From: Mytilus edulis
Lineage: Eukaryota
DNA: 64,000 bases
Reading direction: 5' to 3'
Assembly: GCF_963676685.1 (NCBI RefSeq)
Contig: NC_092353.1
Location: forward strand, 9,424,001-9,488,000
Under the pieces are notes generated by a model. That model was given only the letters and a program-made list of their open reading frames with translations. It was not told the DNA's origin and did no database searches. Shown here piece by piece: positions 11,118 through 25,782 of the stretch (positions are counted from its first letter, which is position 1; each line of letters opens with the position of its first letter). The position numbers and the translations under genes are program-made.

Positions 11118-13707
11118 AAATAAGTATTTATTTGTTTCCTTTGAACAAGCGGCATTAGATACAAAAACTACAAACTGCCGGCTACAATCGGAATAGTTTG
11201 TCCGTGTAAGAAGATTTTTATCTTTTGAATTAGCACCTAAATATTCGTCCTAGTAATTTCTGTCTATTACGAATCAATGTTCGTTACGCAAAATCATTGA
11301 CTTTTAAATTCTGACAGTAAAGGTGCCATAACTCTGCCACGACATCAAGAATCGAAATATGGCTCATTTTTATTAATCCAAAAAACATCATCGTGTTTCA
11401 ATAGAATGATTCACCTTATGCAAGTTAAATGCACGATATATGAAATCGCTTTAAATCTTACGGTTGACATCATGTAGCTCTGTAGCGACACACCGATAAA
11501 AATTCAAAGGTCTGGACACTTTCTTCAAATATTTTATACAAGGTTTGCAAAATTTGTCTGTGACCTTTGTAAGACATGTTAATGGACTCATTTTGTAAAA
11601 TGATTTCTGGGCCCAAAATATTACTTGCGTCAAATAAGATTCTTTATGTGCGGCAAATTTTGCCCTAAATAGGTCCTCTTCACAACTTGGGTTTCCAATA
11701 CTTCAGTAATTGACAATTTACACATCACTACAATGGCGGATCATCGAAGACTTTGTTTTAAAATAGGAGTACATTTCCTTGTTGTATATATTTTGCTGAG
11801 CCAAAAGTTCAGATTTTAATAAAGACAGATAGAACAACTATTCATGCCTTGATAAGATATAAATTTGATGACAACAAAACAGAATTAAGCAATGAAGATA
11901 TAGCTAAAATAAACCTTTTGTAATTGTGACTTTCTGGGTTTAACATGTTTAATCAACACAAATTGGTCTTTTTCGAATGAGAAAAAAAACTAGAATAGAC
12001 TTAAACATTGTAGTTGTTAATTCTTATATGTAAACTAGCTATCGTTGTATCGTATCTTCCTGTCTGAAGCCAACTAGATACATGTTGTAGGACTATCTCT
12101 ATATATATCTTGTAAGTCTCTTGACATTTAAGTAGGGAGAAATTATAACCTTAAATTATATGTTAAAGTTATTATGTTTATGTATATTCACTTAAATCAG
12201 TCATGCGCAGAAAAAACATACCTAAACTAATTAAAGTGAAGATCTATTTCAAATGAGCTAAAGACTAACATACAAAATAACAGTAATTCCCATGTTCCTA
12301 ATTAATAACTGGACATTTTTTTCATGTACCAATATTCTGGTACAAAATCTCACAAGTACCTACGTAGCCGGACTATGTTGCAGTCAACAAATGCTAATAT
12401 TTATATGCATGTGGCCAAAGTATAATTTTAAAAAAGAAAAACATTTCACCTTCTTCATCAATTATATCATTCATCGAATCCCAAGCTCAGGTTGTGCATT
12501 GAACATTTCCATTTATACAGTTTCGGCTTGATTAAAATTCTTCCAACTACATTTTGTAAGTAGCCATGGATCAATGTTATGAGAGTATTATATACGTTGG
12601 GAGAATTTCTATTCACATTTTGTTACTACATTGAGTTATCAAAATAATTCAATTATTCATGCATATAAACTTATCGAAGTGAATATCTTTATCAATTACA
12701 CTGGATACTATATAATAGTATTGCATTTTATTTACTTAAACATGATTAATAATATTTTGAACATGTACCATTTCTCTCATTAAGTACAAAATCTCCCAAG
12801 AAGCTATACGTACCTGGACAATGTTGCAGTAAACAAAATTCGAAATAAATGCATGTGGCCAAAGTATCATTCAAAAAGGGGAAGACACGATCTTATTCAA
12901 ACATGATATTTATCATTGAAATCTCTGCACAGGTTGTACAGGCAAAATTTATATTTAAACAATTTGGTCATAATTAAAATCCTCCCAACGACTAAATGGC
13001 TATGAATAGTTGTTATAAAAAGTTAATAATACGTTGGGAGAATTCCAATTTACATTTTATTAATACAATGAGTTCCCAAGTTATGCTTATTTAAAAACAA
13101 TGTAAATATCAATCCAGAGAAAAAATGCAGCAAATGCAAATATAATTGAGCCAATAGTCAAATAGTTTTTCTACTGATACGAATCATTTCTGTCGATTTA
13201 GGTGTCTACTCGGACAACCTCGTGTGTTTTCTTTTAAATTGTTTACATGATCAGACTTATTTTTATCTATATAATATAAATGTTTACGTCAACAGATTTG
13301 TACAGTATATAAACCCTATGATTACTAATGTGGATCATAATATATCTGTAGTTCACAGCATAAACATTTAGAGTTATATTGTAATAAAAGTGAGTATTAT
13401 ATTTATTATAGACAAAAGCACCTGCATCAGCTCCAAATTAGTTCTTTTCAAACGACATAAACATGATAAAAGGGACAACAAAAACAGGTACCCGAAATGA
13501 ATTATGTTCCAAAAAACAAAAGAAATCGGCAATAAGTTGTGTTTTTAATATCTTATTTGACAAATTTATTTTAAACTTAACAGAGAAGGATAACATATAA
13601 GATAATAATAAGAGATAAACACTAAGAAGTAAATTATTTAGTTTACTCTGCACAGTCAAACATATATACGTATGATTATAATGCATTATATTTTTTTCAG
13701 ATCAAAG

Positions 13708-15826
13708 ATGACTTTACCAGGTGGGCCGATGGAAATATGTTTTTCATTTGATACGACTGGATCTATGTCTGGTTGTATCAATGAAGTGAAAGGAAATGTT
13801 CAGGACATGATACAACGCCTCCAAGCGGACATTCCTGGTATTCGAATGGCAGTATTTGCTCATGGTGACTACTGTGACAAACACAACTACATAACGAAAC
13901 ATATTGACTTCTCGACAAATGTAGCAGAACTGTGTACTTGGGTAAAAAATGTGGGATCTACCGGCGGTGGTGATGGGGATGAATGCTACGAACTTGTTTT
14001 ACAAAACGTCCAAAAGTTGTCTTGGACCCCAGGGTCAAAGAGAGCGCTTGTGATGATTGGCGATGCTGATCCACACGAACCCGGTTATAAATATGGCGGG
14101 AAAACTTATAAAATAGATTGGAGGAAAGAGGCATACCAGCTAATGACAATGGTAATTTCTTTCGTAGAGTATAATCTTCATAACTTTATTTCAAACTTTG
14201 ACCCATTCATCGAGAAACATTTGTTTTTGGTATTTCAAAAAACTAACTTTAGTTAATTTAATATTTGTTTACATATTATGCACACAACACTGTCAACAAG
14301 ATTGTATTGTTGATGTTTTTATTTGTTTATACTTGTGTTATCAGAATAATATTAAAAATATATATTTTCAGAATGTTAGAATATATGGCGTACAGTGCAG
14401 AGGTTATAATTCAACGAAGGACTTCTACAAAAAGATGTCTACTGCCACAGATGGCAAATGTTTAGAATTAGCAGATTTCAGCAACATGTTTGATTTTATG
14501 ATGGCAATTTGTTACAGAGAACACGATGAAACTCTCTTACAGGTACACATTTAATATTCCCACAAAATAATTTTGATCTAGACAAAACTAGGCTAGCATA
14601 AAATAATCGACTGTAATGATTGCATATTGAAATCCAAACATAAACATAAACATATTTTATTTCGCCGATCAAGGACCAACATGGCAAATGACGATAAATC
14701 ATTATAATAGAATGCAAACAAAAGAATCAAACAAATTTCACCATATCAGAAAAGTTTAACATTTTGATAATTTTCAAAGCAAAACATGCTAGTTTAAGAA
14801 ACATGGTTATTATTATTTTAGAACTACGAGAAAGAGGTTCGGGCTAGAGGGTCGACGGTTCATAAAGATTTAGATGCATTATTTGGGAAATTGAGATCAG
14901 ACGCTGATGTGATGGATACAGTTCCTGCTCCCATAACAAAGATACCATCGTTAACAAAGCCTGGATCTATAAAAGCCCTAAAACCTACTCCAAAGCCAGT
15001 ACTAAAGAAAACCACAAAGACAAAGGCTCTACGCTTCAAACCAAAGCATGATAAATTGAAGGACAAAAGGAAAAACGGACTTTTTGATAAATACAAGGTA
15101 TGCCATGTGTATGTGATATAAGCATTAGTTATAATAAACTATTTTATTGATTATAAAAATATGAAATGAAATTTCAGGTATATATTTGAAACATATCTGT
15201 GTTTAATAGATCAACTTCGTAGTCATAGATATATATTATAATATATTAAATAAATTCAATTTGATTTAATAAAGACTCTTAACTATATAAGACTAATTCG
15301 AACATAAAATTTTATAATAGACTACTTCTGTACATTTCAGCTACAAAACTTGCCAAAACTAAAGAGGGAAAATGTTCCCGAGGCAAATTTCATGTTGAAT
15401 AGCGCACATTGGTCTAAATGGCAGGTGGCAATGGTATTGTCTGTGCCAGCTGACGAGGAGCACAAGTGGGAAAAACGGCAAGGGGATTCAGAAGGATACA
15501 GAAGGAAAGTCATTTGTGGCGGAAGTTACAAGAAACCAACTTTATACGAGTTCGCAGTACAAAATGGAGAACGTTGTAGGAGATACGTTGTTTACTGCAA
15601 GTCAAGTAAAGGATTCATTTTGGATAGAGGGTCATGGGAAACTAGATTGTTGACAAAGTCAGACGTGAAGTCTCAGATAAATGACATTTTGAAAAAAGAC
15701 ATGCGACTGTTTGTCCGAAGTTGTCCATTAATGAAAAGCCAAGATAAACTACTCGCATTGAATCATTATGACTACGCTTGGTCAAACAAAGGGCCAATAA
15801 GAACTGTGAAACACATAGATGTATAG
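13708..15826 (+). CDS. vWA + ET/HRT-type GIY-YIG-like protein, copy B; join(13708..14151,14372..14542,14822..15097,15341..15826), 458 aa
   Basis: Exon sizes and splice sites match copy A, and the frame is intact. It differs from copy A by 7 amino acids. Confidence 0.88.
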
Positions 15827-18303
15827 AACTATATATGGGAACTTATAACTATATTAATACTGGTGCATTTGTTATAAATACTCATCTAAGAAGGGGATGA
15901 CTAACAATATATATCATATCTCGGACAAACATTTTCATTTTTGTTTTGCTGTGTATATTTCATAACATATCAAATGTTATCCTGATTGTAAATAATGTAA
16001 ATATAATATATAGTGTACATTTGTAAGAAGGAAGACACAGTTCAGCCAAGTTCACTTCTGTGATAAATTAATTGTGATAAATAAGGTTTCAATATTGTAT
16101 ATACAAATGTATATAGTGAACAATTATTTGTTTGTTGTATATATGTAAATAGTTCAAATACATGTAAATAAAATATGTTATAAATAATAATTACTGTTGC
16201 TTCTGATTTAACCATGTGCTCACGGGTCATGTGCTGACATTACTAAAGCAGAAGGCATAAACAATGAACACAAACCATTCAATAAACGTTCCTTGATTGT
16301 TCTTTAACCATGTTAACCTAATTTGATATAGACATCTAAACAAATTTCAAAGGTTGCAAAAGTAAAAGTAAAACGGTGATATGAATAGCATTATTCACCA
16401 ATGACGATTATAACTCAAACATTCTGCTCCTGTACACAGATTTTGTATATCATTCATAGAAGTTCGTTTTTTCTAAAAACAAATCAATAAGGTACGTGTA
16501 ACATACTATGACATACAGTGTATTTCAATATATATTTGAGTTATGCCGCTTTGTCGGATGAATTTCAATTTAAACAACCAAGCGGATACAAAATGAAAAA
16601 TCACACATTTCGTCGCCTCAATCAGCATCGATATATATCAACACAATTATCTTTATAACTCTTCATAGAATGTCAAAACGTGATACACATGTACAATAGT
16701 CATTATGACGAATTCATCTTTTTTCAAACAGCAAAGAAAAACTCCGTTTACATGTACATATACGTCCATGACGTACAAATATACGTCCTTGCTTTAACTA
16801 AACTCATGTGCATCGTCAACAAATTTAGATTCAATTTTCTAGTTGATCATGAATGCCTTCTGTATGCATAGTTTGGCTTTTCCTGATAAAAGAATACTCG
16901 AATAGATAACAAGATTATATGTCTTTTTTTATTGACCAATATAGACGAATTTGCTTAATTATATTGTTAGTAAACTGTCTTACTGACTGTACCATCCCTT
17001 GACATTTTCTTCCTAGTCGGATACAACATGTAAAACTAAACAATATTTGCTAAATTTTTGTCAGTAAAATATGTCGCGAGACTCTCAACTTGTAGGTTAT
17101 CAAGCTACTTCTTTTACATAGTCATAACAATGCTAGTTTCATATTTTATGCTAACCTCAAACATTTGACTTTAATATTTTGCAACGGGAATCGAAATGAC
17201 AATGACAACTCTCCACAAAAAGACACAGAATGCAAACATTTCAGTAATCTAAGAAATTATTCATTCAGGGTACGTTGGATCGAACCGCATTCAGATTCAG
17301 AAAGATTATACACTTAGATCGGAAATAAAATCACATCATAATGACAAGAGGAAGATGGGAGATGATCAATTCGCAACAGATTTCTTTTTCAAACGATTAC
17401 AGATTTAGAACCCAAAAATAATTCCATCTATCGTGACTTCAGTAATCGTATACTGATTTCAAAAACCTCATACATGTTAGTACTCCACTGGTGCTAATGA
17501 CTACTAACACTTACAGAATTACAATTTGTCTTTTAAAACACGAATTCATAATAAAACACAACACCTATCACTATTTGCTGTGAATCAATGAAACATGGAG
17601 TAAATTGATATAATTAAACAGGAATAAGTGTTGTTATCGAAAAAATATAACTTATATTTGATTTGCATTTTATATTTTTTCTTTTTTACATAATTTGTGT
17701 TCATTGTGGATTAATTTCATGTTTCATTATAATTTACTTGCAATAAGCCAGCCGACATGTGTTAAAAGTGGTTGTTCCTTAAATACCAGTTTAATCTTCT
17801 ACTGTTGATCTATAATTATTCATACATATTTTCATGGATTTCGTCGGAAAGGATTACCATTACATGTATATAACTGTAAAATGTTTACGGAAATACAAGC
17901 GTGGTACGCATAATATGTTAAAACGTCGCTTTCAGGTATCCATAGAATTACAAACTCTCGTGAATTCACGCAAATTGGTGCCCATGATATCAAAAGATTT
18001 CACAGTAGCTCTTCAGTGGTTTAAGATAATATACAACCTATGCTTTGATCATTAAGGCATGAGCGTACCTGTTGCAAGTAAATTCAGACTTGCGATTTGG
18101 ACGTGACAAATATTACTAGGGTGTTAGAGTTACTTCTCTTTAAATAGTGCCACATTTAGAAGTTGGTCTATTTATGAGAAATTAAACAGATTATACAATC
18201 AGGTGTTTTGATCGTATGCACGGTAATTTCTAGTGGTCCACGTTAATCATTAGAATTTTTTCAAACATTCCAATATAAGTTTTTAAATATATATTGTCAT
18301 GAA

Positions 18304-19410
18304 ATAAAACTGAGAATGGAAATGGGGAATAAGTCTAAGAGACAACAATTAACCCGTCCAAAGAGTAGATAACAGCAGAAGGCCACCAATGGGTTTTTAA
18401 GGTAGCGGGAAAATATCGCACCCGGAGGATGTCTGACCTCAACTGGCCCCTTAAAAAATGTGTAAAAATGTAAAAATGTGTAAAATGTACAGTGAAAATG
18501 GACGTCATACTAAACTCAACAAGAGGCTGTCACAACGACAGCAAACCGGATTTATTAACATTTATTTGTATCCTGCCAGTATCACAAGAACCATAACTGA
18601 TGAACGGTGGAAGTCAAAATCGTCAATATCAAATTTGACCTCCATTTTGTCATCAGTATCAACATATTAAAATTTAAGAAGCTTCGGTTGAATGGTTCAT
18701 GAGTAAATGCACGGACACGACTGGACACGCCATTTTTCAATCTTTCAAGAACCATAACTCCTGAACGGTAAAAGTCAAAATCGTCATTATTGTGTAGTTT
18801 ATATGGCAATAAAACTTTGAATTTAATTTTGAAAAAAAATTGAATTATTGAACTTGACCTTCTTTTGGTCATCAGTAACAACATATTAGAATTTGAAAAG
18901 CTTTGGTTGAACGGTTCATGAGTAAATGCACGGACAACATTTGGTTGCCGCCCGCCCGACCGCCCGACCGACCGCCGTACATCCCCAAATCAATAACCGC
19001 CATTTTTGTCACAAAAATCCGGTTAAAAACATAAATGAACTGAAATAAAAAAAAAAACATACAAGACTAACAAAATTCAGAGGCTCCTGACATGGAACAG
19101 GCGCAAAAAAATGCGGAGGGGTTAAACATATTTATTGAGGTCTCAACCCTCCCCCTATACCTCTAGCCAATGCAGAATAAAGAAACACACAGCAATACGC
19201 ACAATAAAACTTCAGTTTTAAAAGTCAGAGTCCGATGTCAGAATAGATAAAAAAAAAAAAAAAAAAAAAAAAAATGACAATGATACATACATTAACAAAG
19301 ACTAGTAGCAGTTACATTTGTACTGGTACGCAAGCTGTAGACCTCAGCTAAACTGATTGAATGATTATGTCTTCATCATATGAAAATCACGCACATTCCT
19401 TTCCGTTTCT
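18304..19410. repeat. Dispersed host repeat (GAGAATGGAAATGGGGAAT...GAAGGCCACCAATG family) split by a nested insertion
   Basis: Inverted relatives occur at ~25440-25782 and ~43962-44045. The sequence resumes at ~19030 after the insert. Confidence 0.7.
18518..19027. mobile_element. Non-autonomous Helentron/HINE-like element
   Basis: It starts AACAAGAG and has a subterminal inverted pair AAACCGGATTT (18543) / AAATCCGGTT (19015). Inside are two ~150-190-bp tandem core repeats, a (CCGC/CCGA)n microsatellite at ~18947-18977 and a 3' stem-loop ATTTTTG-TCA-CAAAAAT. The junctions are A-rich. Confidence 0.6.
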
Positions 19411-22400
19411 TACTACTATAAGGATTTCGTTCGTCTATAAAATGTATATTATTCCGTATCGAATTATATAGAGACGTGAATTACCTTTTGTGTATCTACA
19501 TGTCTACAGTTTACATGTATGCTGAAAACAATATTGTTTTGTCGAAAAGCCTTTATAATATAGGTCTTTAAAGTAGATAATAAAAAGAATGGTATGAAAA
19601 ACATTTTAAAACGATGTGTCGATATTATAGGCAAAATCTTCCAAAATCTTAAACAACCCAAACACCGAAAACTTTCTTTTCTATGGATTTATAATAGAAG
19701 TATTAATCGAGTAAATACAAGCCCAAAAAACTCAACAAGAAAAAGCTGTGCATGTACTAATCTAGTGTCATAGATGGATGCCTTATATCATTTATTTTGA
19801 TTTAAACGCTAAAACTAACGAATGAAAAATGCACATGAAAACCTTAAACTATTGATTTTTTGCCAAAATCTATATTTATACAATTATTTATATGCAAATT
19901 TGAAGATAAATTATAAATTTCTTTCATACAAGAAAAACTGTTAAACTGTTTGAAAGGTGTGAGCAATATTATGTTGATATCTTATGAAATGTATTATAAC
20001 ATGATATTTTTCAATTTAAAGTATTAAATAACTTCAAATTGACTGGAAATGAAGTGTATATACATGACTAGAGTTGTTGTAGTGAAAAGTTAATACACAA
20101 TAAATTGTTTATGCATTTTTAACGATCTGGTAAACTTTAAAACTTGATCTAGTCTATTTAAATATTTAGTAAATAAAATGCATTGAAAGAAAAAGCTTTA
20201 ACGTGACACTTTTCTAACGGGTCAACTAACTCTTTTTAACTCGAAATACTTTGTAAAGATTTAATCAGAGAAATATATTTATATACTGTCTACATCTACA
20301 AATATGCCTTTTTTGTTTATAAAAAAACCCAAAGAGAACATTGTTTGTAGTTTTGTCGTACACTGACTGAAAGGCATTTTAAAAGTAATTTCTATAGAAT
20401 TCACGAACTCTTAATTTTTACCACTGGACGATGCTAGAGATCTACCTCAGTTATTGCTTAAATAACTTGTTACATGTTTTGACTTTTATAATTGTGTCTA
20501 CTAGATATTCGAATGTATATAATATTTATTGCTGCACGCAATGTTTATTGTTCTTGATATCGTCCGCGATAGTAAGTGATGTTTTTTCTAACTGTGATTT
20601 GCTCATTTATTCAATTTTACATATACTATCGTGATGAGGCGATTACTTAGTTGAAAGCATTGTCAATGTTCCTGTCGAAGGGCGGTGGTTTCTCTCCTGG
20701 CATTCTGGTTTCATTCACGAATAAAAACTGACGGCTATATATACCAAGGTGACTGATGAAAGTAGCTATAACACTGACAAATAAACAAATAAAACAACTA
20801 CATTAACATAGACTTTTTCGAATTTTCCCTATATTTTAGAGGAAACTTTTAAGTAGGACAAGAAATTCGGTCTGTACTTATCCGGCTCGTGAAATAGTAT
20901 TACTGTAATTGAATGGATTCAAATGATAGACAACACATGCATCTGACAAAAAGACCGTTTTTAAGTTTAAGATCATCATGTAATAGTTTTTTGGCAGATT
21001 TTAAATCTCTACTGTACAACGACGTATCAATTGCAATTATAGGTTTAAAAAAAAATAAAGTTAAAATATTCCCACGGAAAATGCATGATAGGATCTTATA
21101 CAGGTTCGGGTATCAGATTAAAACAATAAATGCATGTGTTAGTTTTTTGTGTATATGATTTGGTGATTATTCCGCATTGATTCAGAGTTTGTCAAATGAG
21201 ATAACATTTCAAGCATGGTACATGTAATGTCCTAATTACAGCGGGTACATGAGGTACATGTAGACTTTAAATAAATTGTCTGTGATATAAGTAACAACTT
21301 TCACACTAGTTAGAATTATTTCACTAAGCATATGCGATAAATGATAAAAAATGCCCGTTTAGTTTTCGTCATTGGTGGACTTTTCTTGAAATACAGTTAA
21401 CCCGGATGTGTCTGTTACAAAATGTATACGCGTTTATATCTGACTATTTGGTATGGAATTTGCTCATTTTTGAAGGCATTACAGAGACCAATACATGTTA
21501 ATGTATGTGTCATTTTGTATGCAGAGTTGTAACATTGGCAATCAAATCCCAATTTTTTTTTATATTGAAAAGAAATCAGGTTTATCAAGTTCCAGTTGAG
21601 ATAAACCCCTCAAACACGTTTCGGCTTTATACATGTCACAGTTTTTTCTTGAAATGTCAGTTCGCAGATACATTCAAATTTGTCAATTAAACAGGTGTTT
21701 AATATAGAAAATAGCTCAAGATAGGAATGGAATGGATTATGCATATCACAAAATCGTTTGCTTTTTATTAACTCCAAATTTCTTTTTAAACCGTCGTTGG
21801 TTTCATTTCTATACACTGTTGAATTATTTGTATGGCATCTTTTTAAAATATTTTTTATATTTTTTTTTTACCAAAATCCCATATTTGAATGGAAATCTTT
21901 GTTATTTAGTCCAGATTAACACCTGTTTAAATTACAGGTGTTAATCCAATATTATTAATTGCCGAAATGAATGTATATTGATTTGGTATAATTATACATC
22001 CGATAGATTTGTTATTTACTACAATAAACGACTTTTGTTTGAGTGTCTATTACATGAAATATTATTTTTACAGATTTCAATTACGGTAACCTTTTAATGG
22101 ATAAAAGAACCAAACAATATAAATGAGTTAAAATAATACTTTTAACCTAAAGAATACGAAATTGCTCTTCCATGCTTTTTTTTTATTTAAATCTCAAGGA
22201 AATGTTTAAAGTAGAGAAAAGTCGAACCCAGTGTCAGCTGCAATAATTTAGTAGTGGTTTCCCAATGAAGTGAACTTTTCTATGGTTAATAATTTTCTTA
22301 CATATTCATATTTTTGTTAACCGTATCAAAATGCAATATTTTACAAATATTCATCGGAATTAATGACAGGAGATGTATATATTGATCCTTGATAACACGT

Positions 22401-22469
22401 AAACCAACTATACAAGGAGCCAAACAGTCGTACAGACACAATGTCTATGAAACGTGGCTCTAAAAGGTA

Positions 22470-24433
22470 AGTCAGTATACCACATTAATAGACCCAAGGC
22501 AGATGAGTCAGTATACCTTGTTCATAGACCTAAGGCAGATGAGTCGGTATGCCATATTCAAAGACCTAAGACAGATGAGTCGGTATACAATATTCATAGA
22601 CCTAAGGCAGACGAGTCGGTATACCATATTCATAGACCTAAGACAGATGCGTCGGTATACAATATTCATAGACCTAAGGCAGATGAGTCTGTGTATCATA
22701 TTCATAGTCCTAAGGCAGATGAATCGGTATACAATATTCATAGATCTAAGACAGATGAGTCAGTATACAATATTCATAGACCTAAGGCAGATGAGTCAGT
22801 ATACCATATTCAAAGACCTAAGACAGATGAGTCTGTGTACCATATTCATAGACCTAAGGCAGATGAGTCGGTGTACCATATTCATAGACCTGAGGCAGAT
22901 GAGTCAGTATACCATATTCAAAGATTTAAGACAGATGAGTCTGTGTACCATAATCATAGACCTAAGGCAGATGAATCGGTGTACCATATTCATAGACCTA
23001 AGACAGACGAGTCAGTATATCATATTCATAGACCTAAGGCAGATGAGTCAGTATTAACATATTCAAAGACCTAGGACAGATGAGTCTGTGTACCATATTC
23101 ATAGACCTAAGGCAGACGAGTCGGTGTACCATATTCATAGACCTAAGACAGATGAGTCGGTATATCATATTCATAGTCCTAAGGCAGATGAGTCGGTATA
23201 CCATATTCATAGACCTAAGGCAGCTCAGTCAGTATACCATATTCATAGTCTTAAGGCAGATGAGTCAGTATACCATATTCATAGACCTAAGGCGGATTAG
23301 TATATCATATTCATAGACCTAAGGCAGATGAGTCAGTATACCATATTCATAGACCTAAGGCGGATGAGTCAGTATACCATATTCATAGACCTAAGACAGC
23401 TCAGTCAGTATACTATGTATTCATAGACCTAAGGCAGATGAGTCAGTATACCTTGTTCATAGACCTAAGGCAGATGAGTCAGTATACCATATTCATAGAC
23501 TTAAGGCAGATGAGTCAGTATACTTTGTTTATAGACCTAAGGCAGATGAGTCAGTATACCTTGTTCATAGATCTAAGGCAGATGAGTCAGTATATCATAT
23601 TCATAGACCTAAGGCAGACGAGTCGGTATACCATATTCATAGACCTAAGGCAGCTCAGTCAGTATACCATATTCATAGACCTAAGGCAGATGAGTCAGTA
23701 TACCTTGTTTATAGACCTAAGGCGGATGAGTCAGTATACCATATTCATAGACTTAAGGCAGATGAGTCGGTATATCATATTCATAGACCTTAGGCAGATG
23801 AGTCGGTATACCATATTCATATACCTAAGGCAGATGAGTCAGTATTCCATATTCATAGACCTAAGGCAGACGGGTCGGTGAACCATATTCATAGACCTAA
23901 GGCAGATGAGGCGGTATATCATATTCATAGACCTAAGGCAGACGAGTCGGTGTACTATATTCATAGACCTAAAGCAGATGAGTCGGTATATCATATTTAT
24001 AGACCTAAGGCGGATGAGTCAGTATACCACAGATGAGTCGGTATACCATATTTATAGACTCAAGGCAGATGAGTCGGTATATCATATGCATAGACCTAAG
24101 GCAGATGAGTCAGAATACCATATTCATAGACCTAAGGCAGATGAGTCAGTATACCATATTCATAGACCTAAGGCAGATGAGTCGGTATACCTTGTTCATA
24201 GACCTAAGGCAGATGAGTCAGTATACCATATTCATAGACCTAAGGCAGATGAGTCGGTATACCTTGTTCATAGACCTAAGGCGGATGAGTCGGTGTACCT
24301 TGTTCATAGACCTAAGGCAGATGAGTCAGTATACCTTGTTCATAGACCTAAGGCAGATGAGTCAGTATACCTTGTTCATAGACCTAAGGCATATGAGTCG
24401 GTATACCATGTATGCATAGACCTAAGGCGGATG
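22470..24433. repeat. 36-bp minisatellite, ~54 copies (consensus GACCTAAGGCAGATGAGTCAGTATACCATATTCATA)
   Basis: The periodicity is directly visible and explains the 12-aa-repeat ORFs in both frames. Confidence 0.97.
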
Positions 24434-24496
24434 AAGTTTTAACAAATTGTGAGACTTTAAATCATATACAATATACATATATGGTATGCTTATATA

Positions 24497-24640
24497 TAAA
24501 AGAAGAAGATGTGGTATGATTTCCAATGAGACAACTCTCGACAAGAGACCAACTGGCATAGAAGATAACAACTAAAGGTCACCATATGACCTTCAACAGT
24601 GAGCAACAACTATAGGTCACCATATGGCCTTCAACAGTAT
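24497..24640. repeat. Dispersed host repeat fragment (AAGAAGATGTGGTATGATT.CCAATGAGACAACTCTC family)
   Basis: The same motif occurs at 35697-36140, and inverted at 28760-28930, 32660-33045, ~58913 and ~60583-60705. Confidence 0.75.
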
Positions 24641-25439
24641 ACCATAAGGCCAATGAAGTTTCAACGAATTGTGAAACTTTAAATAACACCATGTACGATA
24701 TATATGGTATGTTTATGACTGACAGATAAACACATGAGGAGGATTGTGATGTTCAAGACGATAATTATTATACATGATTGTACTTGTATCATGTTTACTG
24801 CCCTTATTTACAATGGTTTACCATACCACGTCATTTATTCAGCCAAAGTTTATTATCTGGTTGCTTTATAATGCTTTTGCTTACACGAAATTGTATGACA
24901 CTCCGCCTTTTTTTCAAAAACCGCGTTAAGACTATAGTCAAACCCTTAATGTTGGTAGATGCAGAAAAAGGACATAAGTAAACAACAACCATCGAGTTTG
25001 ACTGTCCCTCTGGTATTTTTCGCCCCTCATTTACAAAAACAAATCAATTGGTTCCTATTTATCATATTTATGTGTCTGTAATTTTTTTTAAAAGTATCCC
25101 GGTCTTGTTAATTTGATATATGCACATTAATTGTGCAAATTATAACCAGTAAAAATAAATCAATTCTTCATTGCACAAAACTCCGGTACATATAGAACTT
25201 AATTCAAAGATAAAATCAAAAACTTCGTTATTGAAAATACTGCGCATTGTAAATGTTCAGTAACCGGACATCCGGGTAATAAGTTTCTCTTTACTGCTTA
25301 TTCTTCGTACAAACAAAATGAGACGGAATTAAACGTCTAGAACAGAACAGATATGGTGTAATAATTGATTTGAAAAAAAAACCTAAGCAAAAGCGCTTTA
25401 TTTATTTTGCAAATCACAAAAATAAGACGATTATGTAAA

Positions 25440-25782
25440 ATGATTGGCTAGAGGTAAAGGAGAAAGGGTTGAGATTTCACAAAACATGTTTAACCCCGCC
25501 GCAGTTTTGCGCATGTCCCATGTCAGAAGGCTCTGGCCTTTGTTAGTTTTGTATGGTTTTTTTTAGTTGTTTTTTTAGTTTATTTATATGTTTTGGAGTT
25601 TAGTGTGACGTCCAATTTCACTAAACTAGTACATCATTTTATTTTGAGGCCAGCTGAGGACCACTTTCGGGTGCGGGATTTTCTCGCTGTGTTGAAGACC
25701 CATAGGTAGCCTTCGGCTGTTGTCTACTTTTTGGTCGGGTTATTGTCTCTTATGCATATTCCCGACTTCTATTCTCAATTCT
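25440..25782. repeat. Dispersed host repeat (inverted relative of 18304-19410)
   Basis: It matches the reverse complement of the 18304-18515 and 19030-19170 segments. Confidence 0.7.

Larger units (their letters stand above)
10640..16567 (+). repeat. Segmental duplication, copy B
   Basis: Colinear and near-identical with 369-6088. Confidence 0.95.

Noticed and set aside
22454-24442. Long ORFs with 12-aa repeats (HRPKADESVYHI / FIDLRQMSQYTI)
   Set aside because: They are by-products of a 36-bp minisatellite; frames break at indels and there is no unique coding flank or splice structure.
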